A DNA stretch of 64,000 bases, from assembly GCA_001643675.2 (NCBI GenBank), contig LSRY02000022.1, positions 1,116,001 to 1,180,000 of the forward strand. Reading direction: 5' to 3'. A program made the position numbers and the translations under genes. A model generated the notes under the pieces. The model was not told the origin of the DNA, did no database searches, and worked only from the letters and a program-made list of their open reading frames with translations. Every line of letters begins with the position of its first letter. Position 1 is the stretch's first letter. This DNA is from Monocercomonoides exilis PA203 (lineage: Eukaryota > Protista > Preaxostyla). Shown in pieces: positions 51,043-63,659 of the stretch.

Positions 51043-53086
51043 ATGTCAGCTCGTGGGATATTTGTTTTCCTTCATAAAAAGGTTGGAGATGTTTTAAATA
51101 TTAAAAATTTTGAATCACCGGAATAACATTGCTTTTAACAATAAATTGTCAATATTTAAAAACTTATTAAACTTTCTTTTCATTTTATTGGCTTTTTTTA
51201 AACCGTTTCGTCTATTTTTAATGAAAATCGAATAGATTGAAATTCCCGACAAAATCCCACTTCACTCAATTGCATGGAATAACGAAACGGGTGATATTGC
51301 AATTGGTGGAGCGGGGGGCATGCTGAAAGTTTTAAAAATGGATTCAGATGTTGCTGCTGGTAGAGGAATGAAATCAATTGATGGTCTTGAAAAGCACAAA
51401 GGTGTGAAAATATATTTTCTTTATAAAAAATGAATAATTCAACGTTTTATTTTTAGAAACTATTTTGAAGGTTGGATGGAACGAACGTTTCCATCGTTTA
51501 ACTTCTGGCGACAGAATTGGAACTGTAGTTGTTTGGTCATTTTCTGAGGGAAGATGGAATGAAGAGATGAATAATTCAAAGTTTGAAACATTCTTTTTTT
51601 TTCTTGTTGTTAATTTCATCTTATTTCATTATTTTAGAGGAAAATTTCCTGTTGCAGAATTTAAATGGTCAAGTGACGGAGAGAACATTTTGATTGCATA
51701 TGAGGATGGTTTTTCTAAACAAAACCTTTTATTTCATTTTTTCAATATTTTATTTTTCTTTTACAAATAAAAAATATTTCAAACAAAATAAATACCAAAG
51801 GAAATTGTCTTGTGGGAACACATTCAGGAAAGCGTGTGTGGGCAAGCGATCTGGGATTTCGCATTCGAAGGGCCTGCTGGTCTCCCGATGGAAAGTACAA
51901 TCTTTTTATTTCACTTGATAAAGGAGATGTCAGAATATATGAAAACAACCAGTATATTGTTTGACTTATTTATTTTTTTTTTCCCTTTTCGTATCTAATT
52001 GATAATTTGTGGTTTAATTTTTATGAACTGGAATTATTTCCTCTCTATATTTTTTTTTGGTTCCTTTTCAGATGAATCTTCCAACTCCTGCAATTGAAGA
52101 TACACCCGAAGCGATGGCTGTTTGCATGGATTGGTGTGCTTCTATTGATATTTGTGTTATTTTGCTTATTTGTATCTTCTTCTTCTTCTTCTTCTTCTTC
52201 TCTTTCTTCTTCTTCTCTTTCTTCTTCTTCTTCTTCTTCTTCTTTTAAAAAAATTAATATTTTCCATTTCTCAATTCCATCCAATACACATATGTAAATT
52301 ATCATCATTTGCGAATACAAATACAATCATGATAACGTCAATATGCATTTGCACTTATATTCCTTTCTTCTCCTTCGCAATTCTCTCTTCTCTGTTCATC
52401 TTATCTTCATTTCATTCATTCATTCATTCATATACGTACATACATATATATATCACATTAACTTCTTTTTCTTTTTCTCTTTCTCTTTCTTTCTTTCTCT
52501 CTCTCTCTCTCTTCCTCTCTCTCTCTCTCCCTCTCTCCCATTCATTCATTCATTCATTCATTCATTCGTTCGTTCGTTCGTTCAATTCAATTCAATTCAT
52601 TCAATTCATCCATTCAGGTATGACGGCACTGAAGGCTCCTCCAACCCGTATGGCCTGACGCTCGCTGTCGGGTTCAACAACGGCCGTGCTCAAATAATGA
52701 ATTTTGACGACCCATCAGTTGTGGTCAAGTTAGATGCCGGAATGGAAATAATGGAAGTGAAATGGAATTCTTCGGGGACGGTGCTTGCGGTGGGAGGGAG
52801 AAGGGTGATAAAAGATGTTGGGGCAGATGGAGGTTATGCTTCGGGTGCTGCTTCGGCTGGGGCGGGGATTGGGTTTGAGTATCAGATACAGTTCTATTCA
52901 TCGACTGGGGTGGTGTGTGTTGGGTGAGGGGAAAAGGGAAAAGGGGGGATTATGGAGAGATTAATGCTTTATTTTTTATTTTATTTTATTTATTTGTATG
53001 AAAATAATGGTTTTCTTTTATTTCTAACCTTTTATTCCACTTCATTAATTCTTCCATGATTTTCTTTCTTTCTTCTTTATCTCTCT

Positions 53087-53138
<52 letters not shown>

Positions 53139-53382
53139 CCACCTCAGCATCTCTTCTCACTCGATGTCCCTGGATGCCCTCAAGTCCGCTCCACTGCCTT
53201 TGACATGGCGTGGGAACAAGGATGGCACAGAATAGCAATCGTGGTTGAGTCAGCCATCTTCTTCGGAATTGTCAAGATGCATCATAACTGGAGGTATTGG
53301 ATAGCTTATTTATTTTATTTATTTCTAATTATTTTATTTATTTTTTATTTTCTCTTTCTCTTTCTCTTTCTTTCTCTCCTTT

Positions 53383-53480
<98 letters not shown>

Positions 53481-56400
53481 TACCTTCTCCTTCTCCTATC
53501 CTTCTCCTCTTCTCCTCAGCTACTTTGCGGAAACCCTCCTCTACTCCTTCACATCCTCTGAAGAGAACAAACACTACCTCACCTTCTACAACACCTCCAC
53601 AGGCGAACGTGTCTTCCAACCTGTTCCTTTTCCCTTGCTGATTGCGTCACACGGAGAAAGCTGCGTTATTGTCTCAAAAATAGAGGAAGATGACAGAATG
53701 AGAAAGGGAGGTGGAGGAGGAGGAGGAGGAGGAGGGGGAGGAAGAGGAGGAAGCGATGCTGTTGATGGCAGTGCGATCCCTGGCGGAGCATCAGTTTCGC
53801 TGAGTGGGCAGATGATGGGAATGGATTCTTTGAACCCTTCATCATCATCATCTTCTTCTTCTTCCTCTTCTTCTGGTTTACTCCTCTCCAAACCATCTCA
53901 ATACAGGCTCTCCCCCACATCCAGTGCGTTTGCTCCGATTGTTCCTGATGGGAAGGGACCTTGTCTTGTGAGCATCAACAACTCTATAGGGGCAACACTG
54001 GACACAAAACGGATCTTATTTGAGCCACTTTTTGTGGCAATGAACGGGACACATGTGGTGCTGGCGACAGAGGAGAGGGTGTGGGTGTGGAACTATGCAG
54101 CGAAGGAAGGGGGAGGGCTGAGTGGTGGTGGTGGTGGAGGAGGGGGAGGGGGAAGTAATGGAGGAGGAGAAAGAGGAGAAGGGAAGGGAGGGAAGATGAG
54201 GAAGAGGAGGAGAAGGAGAGGAGGAGATGATGAGGATGATGAGGATGATGAAGAAGATGATAAATATGATGATGATGATGACGATGATGATGATGAGTTT
54301 GGTGAAGAGAAAGATGAAAGAGAAGCAGAATTTCATATTGACGATGTCAGATACGAGGGGAGGAAGAAGGGAATTAGATTTGAGAGAATGAAGTATGTGA
54401 CAGAAAGAGGAAGAGGAAGAGAAAAAGAGAAAAAGAGAAAGAGAGAAAGAGAGGAAGAGGAAGAGGAAGAGGAAGAGGAAGAGGAAGAGGAAGAGAAAGA
54501 GAAAGAGAAAGAAATTTATAATTTTTATTTGAAAGTTAAAGGAAGAAAAAGTTGATAATTTCTGTCTATAATGTCGTTTTTGATATAGCTTTTGAATGCT
54601 TTAATTTTTATTTTTGCTTATTCATTGATAAAACATAACATTATTTCCATTTTATTTATTTATTTGTTTGTTCAATTCTTTCTTTCTTTCTTTCTTCTTC
54701 TTCTTCCAATCAAAACTTCTTCTTTCCTTCTTTCCTTCGTTCCTACTCTCTCTCTCTTCTTCAGTCGCACCCCTCACCCCATCACTTCCATTGCACTTTC
54801 TCCAAACTCCCCCGTTCTCTTCATCTCTCGTGCCAATGGTGTCATCAACCGCTACAACCTCCTCTCCCTCACTTCTCCTGCCTTGCCTTCTTCTTCCTCT
54901 TCCTCTTCCTCTTCCTCTTCTTCTTTATCTTCTTCTTCCCCCTCCTTCCTCACGCACCGTTATAATGTTAAGCTTCCCACACGTATCAAAAAGATGTGTA
55001 TCAACTGCAACACGAAGATGATGATGTGCATAGACATGGTTGGGAGTGTGGGGGTGTTTGAGATCGGAGTGGTGGACTCGAAGGAGAAAGGTGGAGAAAG
55101 AGGAGGAGAAGGAGGAGAAAGAGGAGGAGGAGGAGACGGAGATGATGATGAAGGAGAAGAGGAAGAAAGCGAGAGCGACTCAGAAGAAGATCCCAGCGAG
55201 CGGCAAAGAAGGAAGGAGAGGAGAGGGAAGGGAGAGAGAGGAAGCGGAAATAGCGGAAGAGGAGGAGGAGGAAGGGGCATTCTTGGCTCTTCCCTTTCAG
55301 GCACAGCCTCCACAGACACACTGCAAAGAGCATCAGATGTGCCATTCCAGTCGCTTTTGAGGCTGCCCATTGAGAAGAGAGGGTGTTGGGACGCGAAGTT
55401 TAGTGAAGATTTTCCGGACATGTTTGTGCTGACCGAGAAAACGCGTCTGTTTATCTTCAAAGGGAGCGAGGCGGAGGATCCGATTATGTTTAACAATTCG
55501 TATATTGGCTGCTTCAAGGAACTGGAGGTGCTGACGATTAACTTGGATGACCTGCTGACGCAGCCGACACAGCCAGAGGCGACGTTCATTGCAAGGCACA
55601 CGACAAAAGCGCTGAAGAACACGACAGAATTGATATGGAAGGTGTCGTTGCATGAGGCCTTTAAGTTCATCAAGGACCATCCACACAGAAGATTGTGCCA
55701 GATGCTGGCAGAAGCGGCTTTGTTGAAAGATGAGCTGGACTTAGCAGACAAGGCGTTTGTGCTGTCGAAGGATTATCAGGGGATTAGGCTGGTGAAGAGG
55801 CTGAGATTGCTGGATGTATGGAGAGAAGGAAGGAAGGAGAGAAAGAAAGAGAGAGAGAAAGAGAAATATTTGATTGATTGTGGAATTATTGAGATATATT
55901 ATTAATACATTTTTATTATTCTTTATTTAATTTTTTTGTTTCCTTTTTATTTTCTTTCTTTTCTCATCCACATTCTCATTCTCATTCTCTTTGTCTTTGT
56001 CTTTGTCTTTGTCTTTTCATTTCCTTCTCTTCCATTTCCAGTCTCCCAAGCGCCGTCTAGCAGAAGTGCACATCCATTTAGGCCATTTGGATGAGGCGGA
56101 GCAGATTTACATTGAAGAAGACCGGTTTGACTTGGCAGTGGCGATGCGAATGAAGATGGGGGACTGGGGAAAGATTATTGACTATGCGAAGGGGGAGAAA
56201 GGGAAGAAGAGGAAGAGAGGAGGGAGGAGAGGGAGAGGAAGGAGAGGAGGAGGAGGAGGGGATGACGATGATTATGATGATGATGATGGAGAAGAAGAGG
56301 AGGAAGAAGACATGGTGGTGGGGATTGGAGATCAGAGGTCGAAAGAAGCGAAGGTGGAGTCAGCAGTTGATGATGAGCTGTTGCATGATGCACTGGATGA

Positions 56401-58652
56401 GATGGGTGAATATCATGCTGACAGACAGAACTGGTGTGTTATTATTATTATTATTATAATCTTCATGCTATTGTGATTTTGTTATTTATTTATTTATTTA
56501 TTTTCTCTTTCTCTTTCTCTTTCTTCTTATTCTTTATATTCTTCTAATTCTCATTCTTATTTTTGTTTTTCTTTTTGTTTTTCTTTTTGTATTTCTTTCT
56601 CTTCCTTTCTCTCTCTCTCTCCTCAGGCGTCTCGCCATCGCCTACTTCCAGCAGTCGCACAACATCTCCCGCCTTGCCCAGTGCTACTTCGTCGTGGAAG
56701 ATTTTGCCTCTTTAGAATCCCTCCTCTCGCAAGTGCCTGAACACGACCCTCTTCTTGTGGAGATTGGGTCGATGCTGACGACTGTGGGGCTGGCAGAGAG
56801 CGCGCTGAAGGCGTTTCTGAAGTATGGCGATGTGGAAATGGCGATCAACGGCTGTGTGAGGCTGAACCAGTGGGACGTGGCGCTGTCGCTGGCGGAGAAG
56901 CACGGAATCACACAGATTGATCATTTGCTGACACAATACGCGGATTATCTGCTGGAGAAGAAGAACACACCACAGGCGGTGGAACTGTGTGTTGGGAGAG
57001 GGAAGGAGAGAGGAAGAGGAAGAGGAGAGAGAACGAGAGAAAGGGAGAGAGAAGAGGAAAAGAAAGGAGGAAGCTTCTTTTTTAAAATTTATTGATAATT
57101 ATTTAAAAAAAATTGTGAATTCTTGTATTCATTAACATTTTAATTTTCCATTTTATTTTTATGTTTTTTTTTAAAAAAACTTTTTCTCGTTCTCTCTTAT
57201 TTTATCTCTTTCTAATATTATTATCATTCAATCATTCAACTTTTTACCTTCCCTTTCCAGTTACCACCGCGCCGGCAAATTCCTTGATGCAGCTCGTCTT
57301 CTGTCAGAAATGGCACAAAGCGTCAGCAATGCCGGCGGAAATCCGATGCGAACGAAAAAAATATACGTTTTGGCGGGGCTTGAGATTGAAGCACATAGAA
57401 GCAGGTTGTTTTCTCCACAAGTTCCAATGTTGGGGAGTGGAATGAATCCATCTTCTTCTGCTTCTTCTCTTTCTCCTTCCTCTTCTCCCTCTTCTTCTTC
57501 TTCCTCCTCTTCTTCCTCCGCACTCTCCCAACTAGACAAGCTGATTGCAGACGAAACCACCACTGCCTTTGACCCGAATCTGGAGCTTGTGTGGAGAGGA
57601 GCGGAAGCATGGCACTTCTTCCTGTTGGCACACAGACAGTTCTACAGCGACCAGTTCAAAGCAGCCATGAAGACAGCCATCTGCCTGACACGCTATGAGG
57701 ATATCGTCGACAAACGCACAATTTACTCGCTCCTGGCGCTGGCGGCGTTTCGGTGCAAGTTCTTCAAGCAATGCTCATTGGCGATGAGGGAGCTGGAGGA
57801 GATGGCAGGGGTGAGTGCAATGGGGAGTAGCAGCGGTGGAGGAAGCGGAGGAAGTGGTGGGGTGTTTGGGCAGAACAGCTGGGATGCGATGTCTTCGATT
57901 GCAGGGCTGGGACGAGGAAGCAACGGAGGGAGTGGAGAAGGAAGTATTGTTGGAAGCGGAGGTTTCGGATTGTCTGCCTCAAGATTTGGAGGTGGGTCAT
58001 CATCATCATCATCGTTGTCGGGGCAAGGAGCGTTTGGGGCTGGTGGGAAAGGAATGGATGGAGCAGGGGCTGGAGGAGCATCAGCGTCGCAGATGATGGA
58101 CGGGTCGATGTCGTCGAAGGGGAGTGCAATTGCTGAGCTTGCATTGCAGATATTTACGATGTTTGTTGATCTTGTTGGAATATTTTCATTTAATATTGAT
58201 TATTACTATTATCGCTCTTTTTCTTTCTTTCTTTCTTTCTTTAATTTTTAATTTTAATTCCTTTTCAGGTATGATCCTGTTGACCCTCCAATTCAGGACA
58301 TTGGAACCTGCCCCAACTGCAACAGCAAGATTCCTGATTGGTTTGCCATCTCATTAATTGTTATTCAAAACAGTAATTTTAATTTTTTTTTATTTTAATT
58401 AAAAAATGTGAATATTTTGATAAACAACTAATTCAATATCGTTATCCTTCTGTTTTTTTTTTTTTTTTTTAACAATGCAGGTCTTTGTCTTGTCCTTATT
58501 GCAAGAGCCAGTTCAATGCTTGCATCGCAACTGGAAGAGCTTTGTTGAAAGGAAGCACAACCACTTGCACAAAATGCAGACACATTGGATACACAAGCGA
58601 AATGGCGAGAAGAAACTACTGTCCCCTTTGCCATGCACCGCTGCGACTTTAA
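51043..58652 (+). CDS. IFT121: Intraflagellar transport protein 121 / WDR35 (IFT-A), multi-exon
   Basis: MSARGIFVFLHKK|IEIPDKIPLHSIAWN...GGAGGMLKVLK; WNERFHRLTSGD..GTVVVW...WNEEMNN; WSSDGENILIAYEDG; CWDAKFSEDFPDMFVLTEKTRLFIF; FIKDHPHRRL; DRFDLAVAMRMKMGDW; WRGAEAWHFFLLAHRQFY; C-terminal CPYC..FNACIATG...CPLCH. Confidence 0.95.
53375..53477. repeat. Long intronic (CT)n microsatellite; similar tract at ~53085-53135
   Basis: Directly visible near 3' splice sites of IFT121 introns. Confidence 0.9.
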
Positions 58653-59477
58653 GGCATTTCTCATAACATTGATTTCATTTTCGTTCTCTCCCTTTCTCAT
58701 TTCACAAACCACAACTTTTAATTCACCAGTTATTACGAATTCATGTTTGATTCAAGTCAATCTTTAATTCTTTTTCTTATCATCTCATTTGCAACAACAC
58801 ATTTTTTAACATTTGTCAGCTTCAACTTCATATTCGATCATGTTTAAATGAATTCAATTTTTTTTTTTTTTTGAAAAAAAAGTGCTTTTAAGATTTATCA
58901 AATTGTATTTCTTCAATAAAAATCTGAAATGATTCAAAACAAAACACAAAAAGAAAAAGCATTTTCCTTCTTGTACGCTAAAAGCTAAATAATATTAAAA
59001 AATCTGTCGGAAAAAAAAAAAAAGAATTATTATTTTGTTAAAATTTATAAAATATTAAAAAACATTTAATAATAAAAACTCAAAAATATTTATCTCAGAT
59101 CTCAAAGATTATTTAAATATCAACATGAATTTTCTGACATATGCTTGTCATTTTTAAGGATCATCATTGCCAAATAAAAACACAACAAACAACATTTCAT
59201 ACCATTTTCCAGCTAATTGAACACGATAAAATTATTTCTTTTGCAAGCAAGTATACAAACATTATTTCCTAAGTTAAATATATATTAGCAATCCATCAAT
59301 TCTTTTTCAACTCATTTTTCTTTCTTTTTAATAATTATAATTCAAAATGAAATTCCGATTATGACTTTGACCCTTAATTGTTCAAAGTGGTTGGTAGCTG
59401 GTGTGATTAATCACTTCATGAGAAGTGTTTTTATGTGCTATTTTTTTTGAAATTTCCATTCAATAATTGCTGTAGTA

Positions 59478-60031
59478 ATGTTATTTTTGCTATTCGCATT
59501 AGTTATGTCTGCGGAAGCTCTTCACACTCTTTCGAAAAAAGTTGGAGATACCTTCACAATTGAGTTCCCATCAAACCCATCAACAGGGTACACATGGAGT
59601 TTGGTTGAACCAGAAGGAAATGCTGGAGGCATGTTTTTTATTTAAGTTGTTTTTTAGTAAACATTTTTTGAACAATAAAAAATTTTTAATCAGAGATTCT
59701 CGAACTTGTTGAAGATAAATTTATTAGCAGCGTTTCAAATAGAGATCCAAATGCACCAAGAAAAGTATGAATTATCGTTAAAAGTTATTTTTATTTTCTT
59801 CATTGCTATTTAAAGGTTGGAGCTCCTGGAACTCATCAATTTACTTTCAGAGCCCTGAAATCCGGAACAAACGATTTTGAATTCATCCATGTATGCTTTT
59901 TTAAAAGCATTTTCGAATATTTTGTATCTTTTAAATTTTATTTATAAAAATTCCATTTACAAAAATAATAGCATCGACCATGGGAACAGAAAAATCCAGC
60001 CCCTGAAGTCTATCGTATAACAATCGATTAA
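59478..60031 (+). CDS. Chagasin-family (MEROPS I42 / ICP) cysteine peptidase inhibitor with signal peptide, 4 short exons
   Basis: Spliced translation: MLFLLFALVMSAEALHTLSKKVGDTFTIEFPSNPSTGYTWSLVEPEGNAGE/ILELVEDKFISSVSNRDPNAPRK/VGAPGTHQFTFRALKSGTNDFEFIH/HRPWEQKNPAPEVYRITID*. All three hallmark loops (NPxTGY, GAxG, RPW) are present. Confidence 0.9.
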
Positions 60032-61089
60032 GCGTTTTTAATTGTCTTGCTTTTTTGCGAACATAAATATTTTTTTAACCTTTGAAGCTCATTTCGTTTT
60101 AGAATTATTATTTTATTAAATTTTTTCCTTAACAACAAAAGCCTTTGTGCGTAATTTTTCTCTGTTTTTCCGAAATGTTTACGTGAAATGATGAACAGCA
60201 ACTGAATGGATGTATTTTTTAAAAGAAAATGCAAAAATAAATGTCCAGAAACGAAATAAGTTAAAGAAAAAAATTGAATAAATAAAATAAATAGAAATGG
60301 TTTAGTAAAAGACAGAGAAAGAAAATATTATCAACAGAAACATAACTGCAAGACAAGAAAGAAAAGTTTAAAGAAGAAGAATAAATAGGAGTCTTCTTTC
60401 ATAACATGTTTTCTTTTTAACTTAAAAAAACTAGGAATTTGAATAAGAATAAGAAGAAGAAGAAGAAGAGAATATAAATAATGCAGTTGAGCCTATAAAA
60501 AAAGGCATCTATTCAAACAAAATGCAATCAAACAGGAATTAAATGAAAAAGCAAAGACAAGTGTAAAAAAGATATATAAAGAATTAGATACACACGCAGT
60601 GTTGCCAAAACAGAGAAAAAAAAATGAAAATTCTTTCTTTTTCTTCTTCTTTTTTAATGAATTTTTTTGAATTTCTTCTTCAATTTGAATAAATGTCATC
60701 CTTTTGATAATTAACAAATTAACAACGAAAAAAAAAGGAAAAAAACACACATATAAAACTATACGAGAATTAAAGAGAAAGAGAAAAAAATGAAAAGAAT
60801 AGAGAAGAAAAGGAAGGAAGGAAGGAAAAGGAAAGAATAAAGGAGAAGAATTATGATAAAAAGAGATGATCAACGTGTTTGAAAGAGAAAAACATATCCA
60901 GCAAATAAATGCATTGAGAAATGAAGAAGAAGAAGAAGAAAACAATGAAGAAGAAGAAAAAGATTAGGAGATAAAATTAAGAAAGAACACAAAAGCCTCA
61001 AAGGTTGAATAGAAAAAATTTATTTCTCTCTCTCTCTCTATCTCTCTTTCTCCTTCCCCTCTCCCTCCCTCTCTCTCTCTCAGCCACTC

Positions 61090-63318
61090 TTAATTCCACC
61101 CAATCTTCTTGTATATGTCTGTATCGTATATAATTGCCACTGCCAATGACACAAGCCCAGCTACTACGCCCACAAAGAAGATGGCAATCGCCAGAATAAT
61201 CTTCGGCGACTTCCAACTCAGCGGAACCAGCAGCTCCTTCACCCTCTTCTCGCACTCAATGTCTATCGCATCTTTCTCCACAGGCTTCAAATCACTCGAA
61301 TGTGCCTGTGAGTCATTAACATTTGATGGCTCGCTCTTCACACTCCTGTCAGCATTCCCGTCTCCATCATCGTATTTTGGTGGCTGGCTTTGCGAATTCT
61401 GCTGACTTTGCTGTTGACTTTGTTGTTGATTTTGCTGCTGTAATTCCTCAGGTGTCTGCAATCCCCCCGCCGAAGTGAATGTAAAGTGAGTGCTTTGGTC
61501 AATTGGTGTCTGCGAATTGGCAGAGGACATGCTCAGCGGAGAGACAGATGGCATCGGAGACATCAGAATCGCTGGGGTCGTCGAGGCCAGCAGCGGAATC
61601 CCTGACGGTGTGGCGATGGCAAGTGCTCTACGCTGAGAGGAGGAAGAGGAAGAGGAAGAAGAGGAAGAGGAAGAAGAGGATGTGTTGGAAGAGCCTTGGT
61701 CTGTTGACTGCCATGACACATCATCAGGGGCAACCATGTATCTCTTCCCAACACTCGTCGACTTCTGCTCAGCTTCTTCTTCTTCTCCTCCTTCTTCTAT
61801 CTCGTCTCTCCCATACCCTTTGCCCCCTTCCTCCCCCATCTCAATATCGTTCTTCTCCTTCTCCTTTTGCCCTCCCTTCCCTGCTGCAGCGGCGTCAGGC
61901 GTGTATGCACCAGACTTCTTCGATGGCTCTATGCCATACAGCGTCTGCCTGCGCTTTGTGTTCACAAACGGCCCCGGGTTCGTCTTGAGGCGGATGTAGA
62001 GCATGGTTGGGATGATGAAGGAGACAGCAGAGCCGGCGGTGGAGCCGATGATGTCGAACACGAAGGAGACAGAAGGAAGGAGGATGGCAAGCAGACAGGA
62101 GAGGGCGACGATGCAGGAGGCGGTGATGGCGGTGGCGAGGGACATTTTGGAGAGGTGGCGGCCGCAACAGAGGTAGTTGTGGCGCCATTTTTCAGGGAAC
62201 AAGGAAGGGATGGAGCGGTGTGAGTACATCGTCTTCGTGCGCTTGCCGAACTTGGTGAGGTCGATGATGACGCGGACGATGTTGAAGAGCACTGTGCGCG
62301 TGGGCACCAGGATGAGCGGGTGTGAGAAAATAATCACGATCAGCGTCGCTATCCGCCCCACAATCAGAACAGGGTCGCCGTCGCCGAACAGCGTGAGGAT
62401 GTTTCCAGGCGACTTCGCACTGAAAAAGAGGTCGGTGAACTGCACGTAGCCGAAGATGGCGCATCCGAGATAGATCACAGACACCACGCAGAACGCAGCG
62501 ATGACCACTTTCTTCATCGTGGATGGGCTCTTGTTCTTGATCTCGGCCTGCACAAGAGGGATGTTCTGTTGGCACCCGAATGCAAAGCAGAGTGTGGAAA
62601 ATGTCTGGATGATGGTGATAGAGGGATGCACCAGCTCAACTGGTCCGTGCTCTGCAACTTCTTTGAAAGGTGCGAAATTCCGCACAATGACAAGCACAAC
62701 ACACAGAGTCATTGCTACAATGGCAAATGAAGAAAGCGTGCTGAGTGAATCCAATCGTCTAAACCAACCCAATGGTTGGAATATGACACCTGCTATTAAA
62801 ATAGATATCAACCATCGCTCTACCATTACGCTGTCGGGTGACACTCCAAATCCAAGTAGTAGTGAAATGAGAAAGTCTGTTGAAAGAATTGTGTATGACC
62901 ATAACACTCCAAAGCATTTGATGAATGTACAAATCGCAATTGCAAGGATGCCAGGCACTCCAAAGAGTATGCCAGCCATCTAGAGAATTAAAATGATGTT
63001 CAATCCAAATTCAAACACATGAGATAAAACAAAAATTAATTAAATTCTTTAAAAAAAAGAAAAACAAACATCTCCAAATGAATAAACTCCAATTGCATCA
63101 GCAACTTCAATTAAATAACACAAGCAAATATAAGATATTATAAGCATGAAGATATAGATCAGCATAGCAGGAAGCATTCCTGCCTTTGCAAAAGCAAAAG
63201 GTAAGCCAAGAGTTCCAGCTCCAATAATTGTATTACAAATGTTTGTCGTTGCAGCAACAGGATGAGAAGGCTTTTTTTGAGGTATTTGATTTGTGTGTTT
63301 CTGCTGTTTATCGGCCAT
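61090..63318 (-). CDS. Amino acid/auxin permease (AAAP, SLC38-like) transporter; intron 62980-63069
   Basis: NICNTIIGAGTLGLPFAF, TLCFAFGCQQNI, CAIFGYVQF and IIGSTAGSAVSFIIP motifs, about 11 hydrophobic segments, and a large low-complexity loop before the last TM. Confidence 0.92.
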
Positions 63319-63659
63319 TACTCAAAAACAGTAACAGTTATATACCAAGTCACAAATGTGTAATAATGATTATAAACATTGAAAGTGAATAAAAATTTAC
63401 AACAAAAAATATGAGCAATGACGTACAATTGCTAAATTCACCAGCTGAAATTTTGCTTTGGGGAAATATGAAGTGTTCTTTGGACCGATACTGATCAAGG
63501 GATATGTTACGGGTCGGAGATGGAAAAATGATGAATTAATTTATATAAGCAACTGTGGAACATTATTCATCTCTTTATCGTTTAACCGATAATGTGATCT
63601 TGATGCAAACCATATTGCATTAAATCAGATTATTAATGACATTTTTCTAATCAACAAAA

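Noticed and set aside
36736-62983. Numerous long antisense/alternate-frame ORFs (e.g. 40100-41377 +, 37236-38018 -, 54960-55751 -, 29257-29535 -)
   Set aside because: These are shadows of GC-rich, low-complexity real exons and have no independent domain signal.
63410-63500. Box C/D snoRNA-like arrangement (ATGACG...CTGA...ATGAAG...CTGA)
   Set aside because: The C boxes are non-consensus, there is no terminal stem, and no convincing rRNA complementarity was found.
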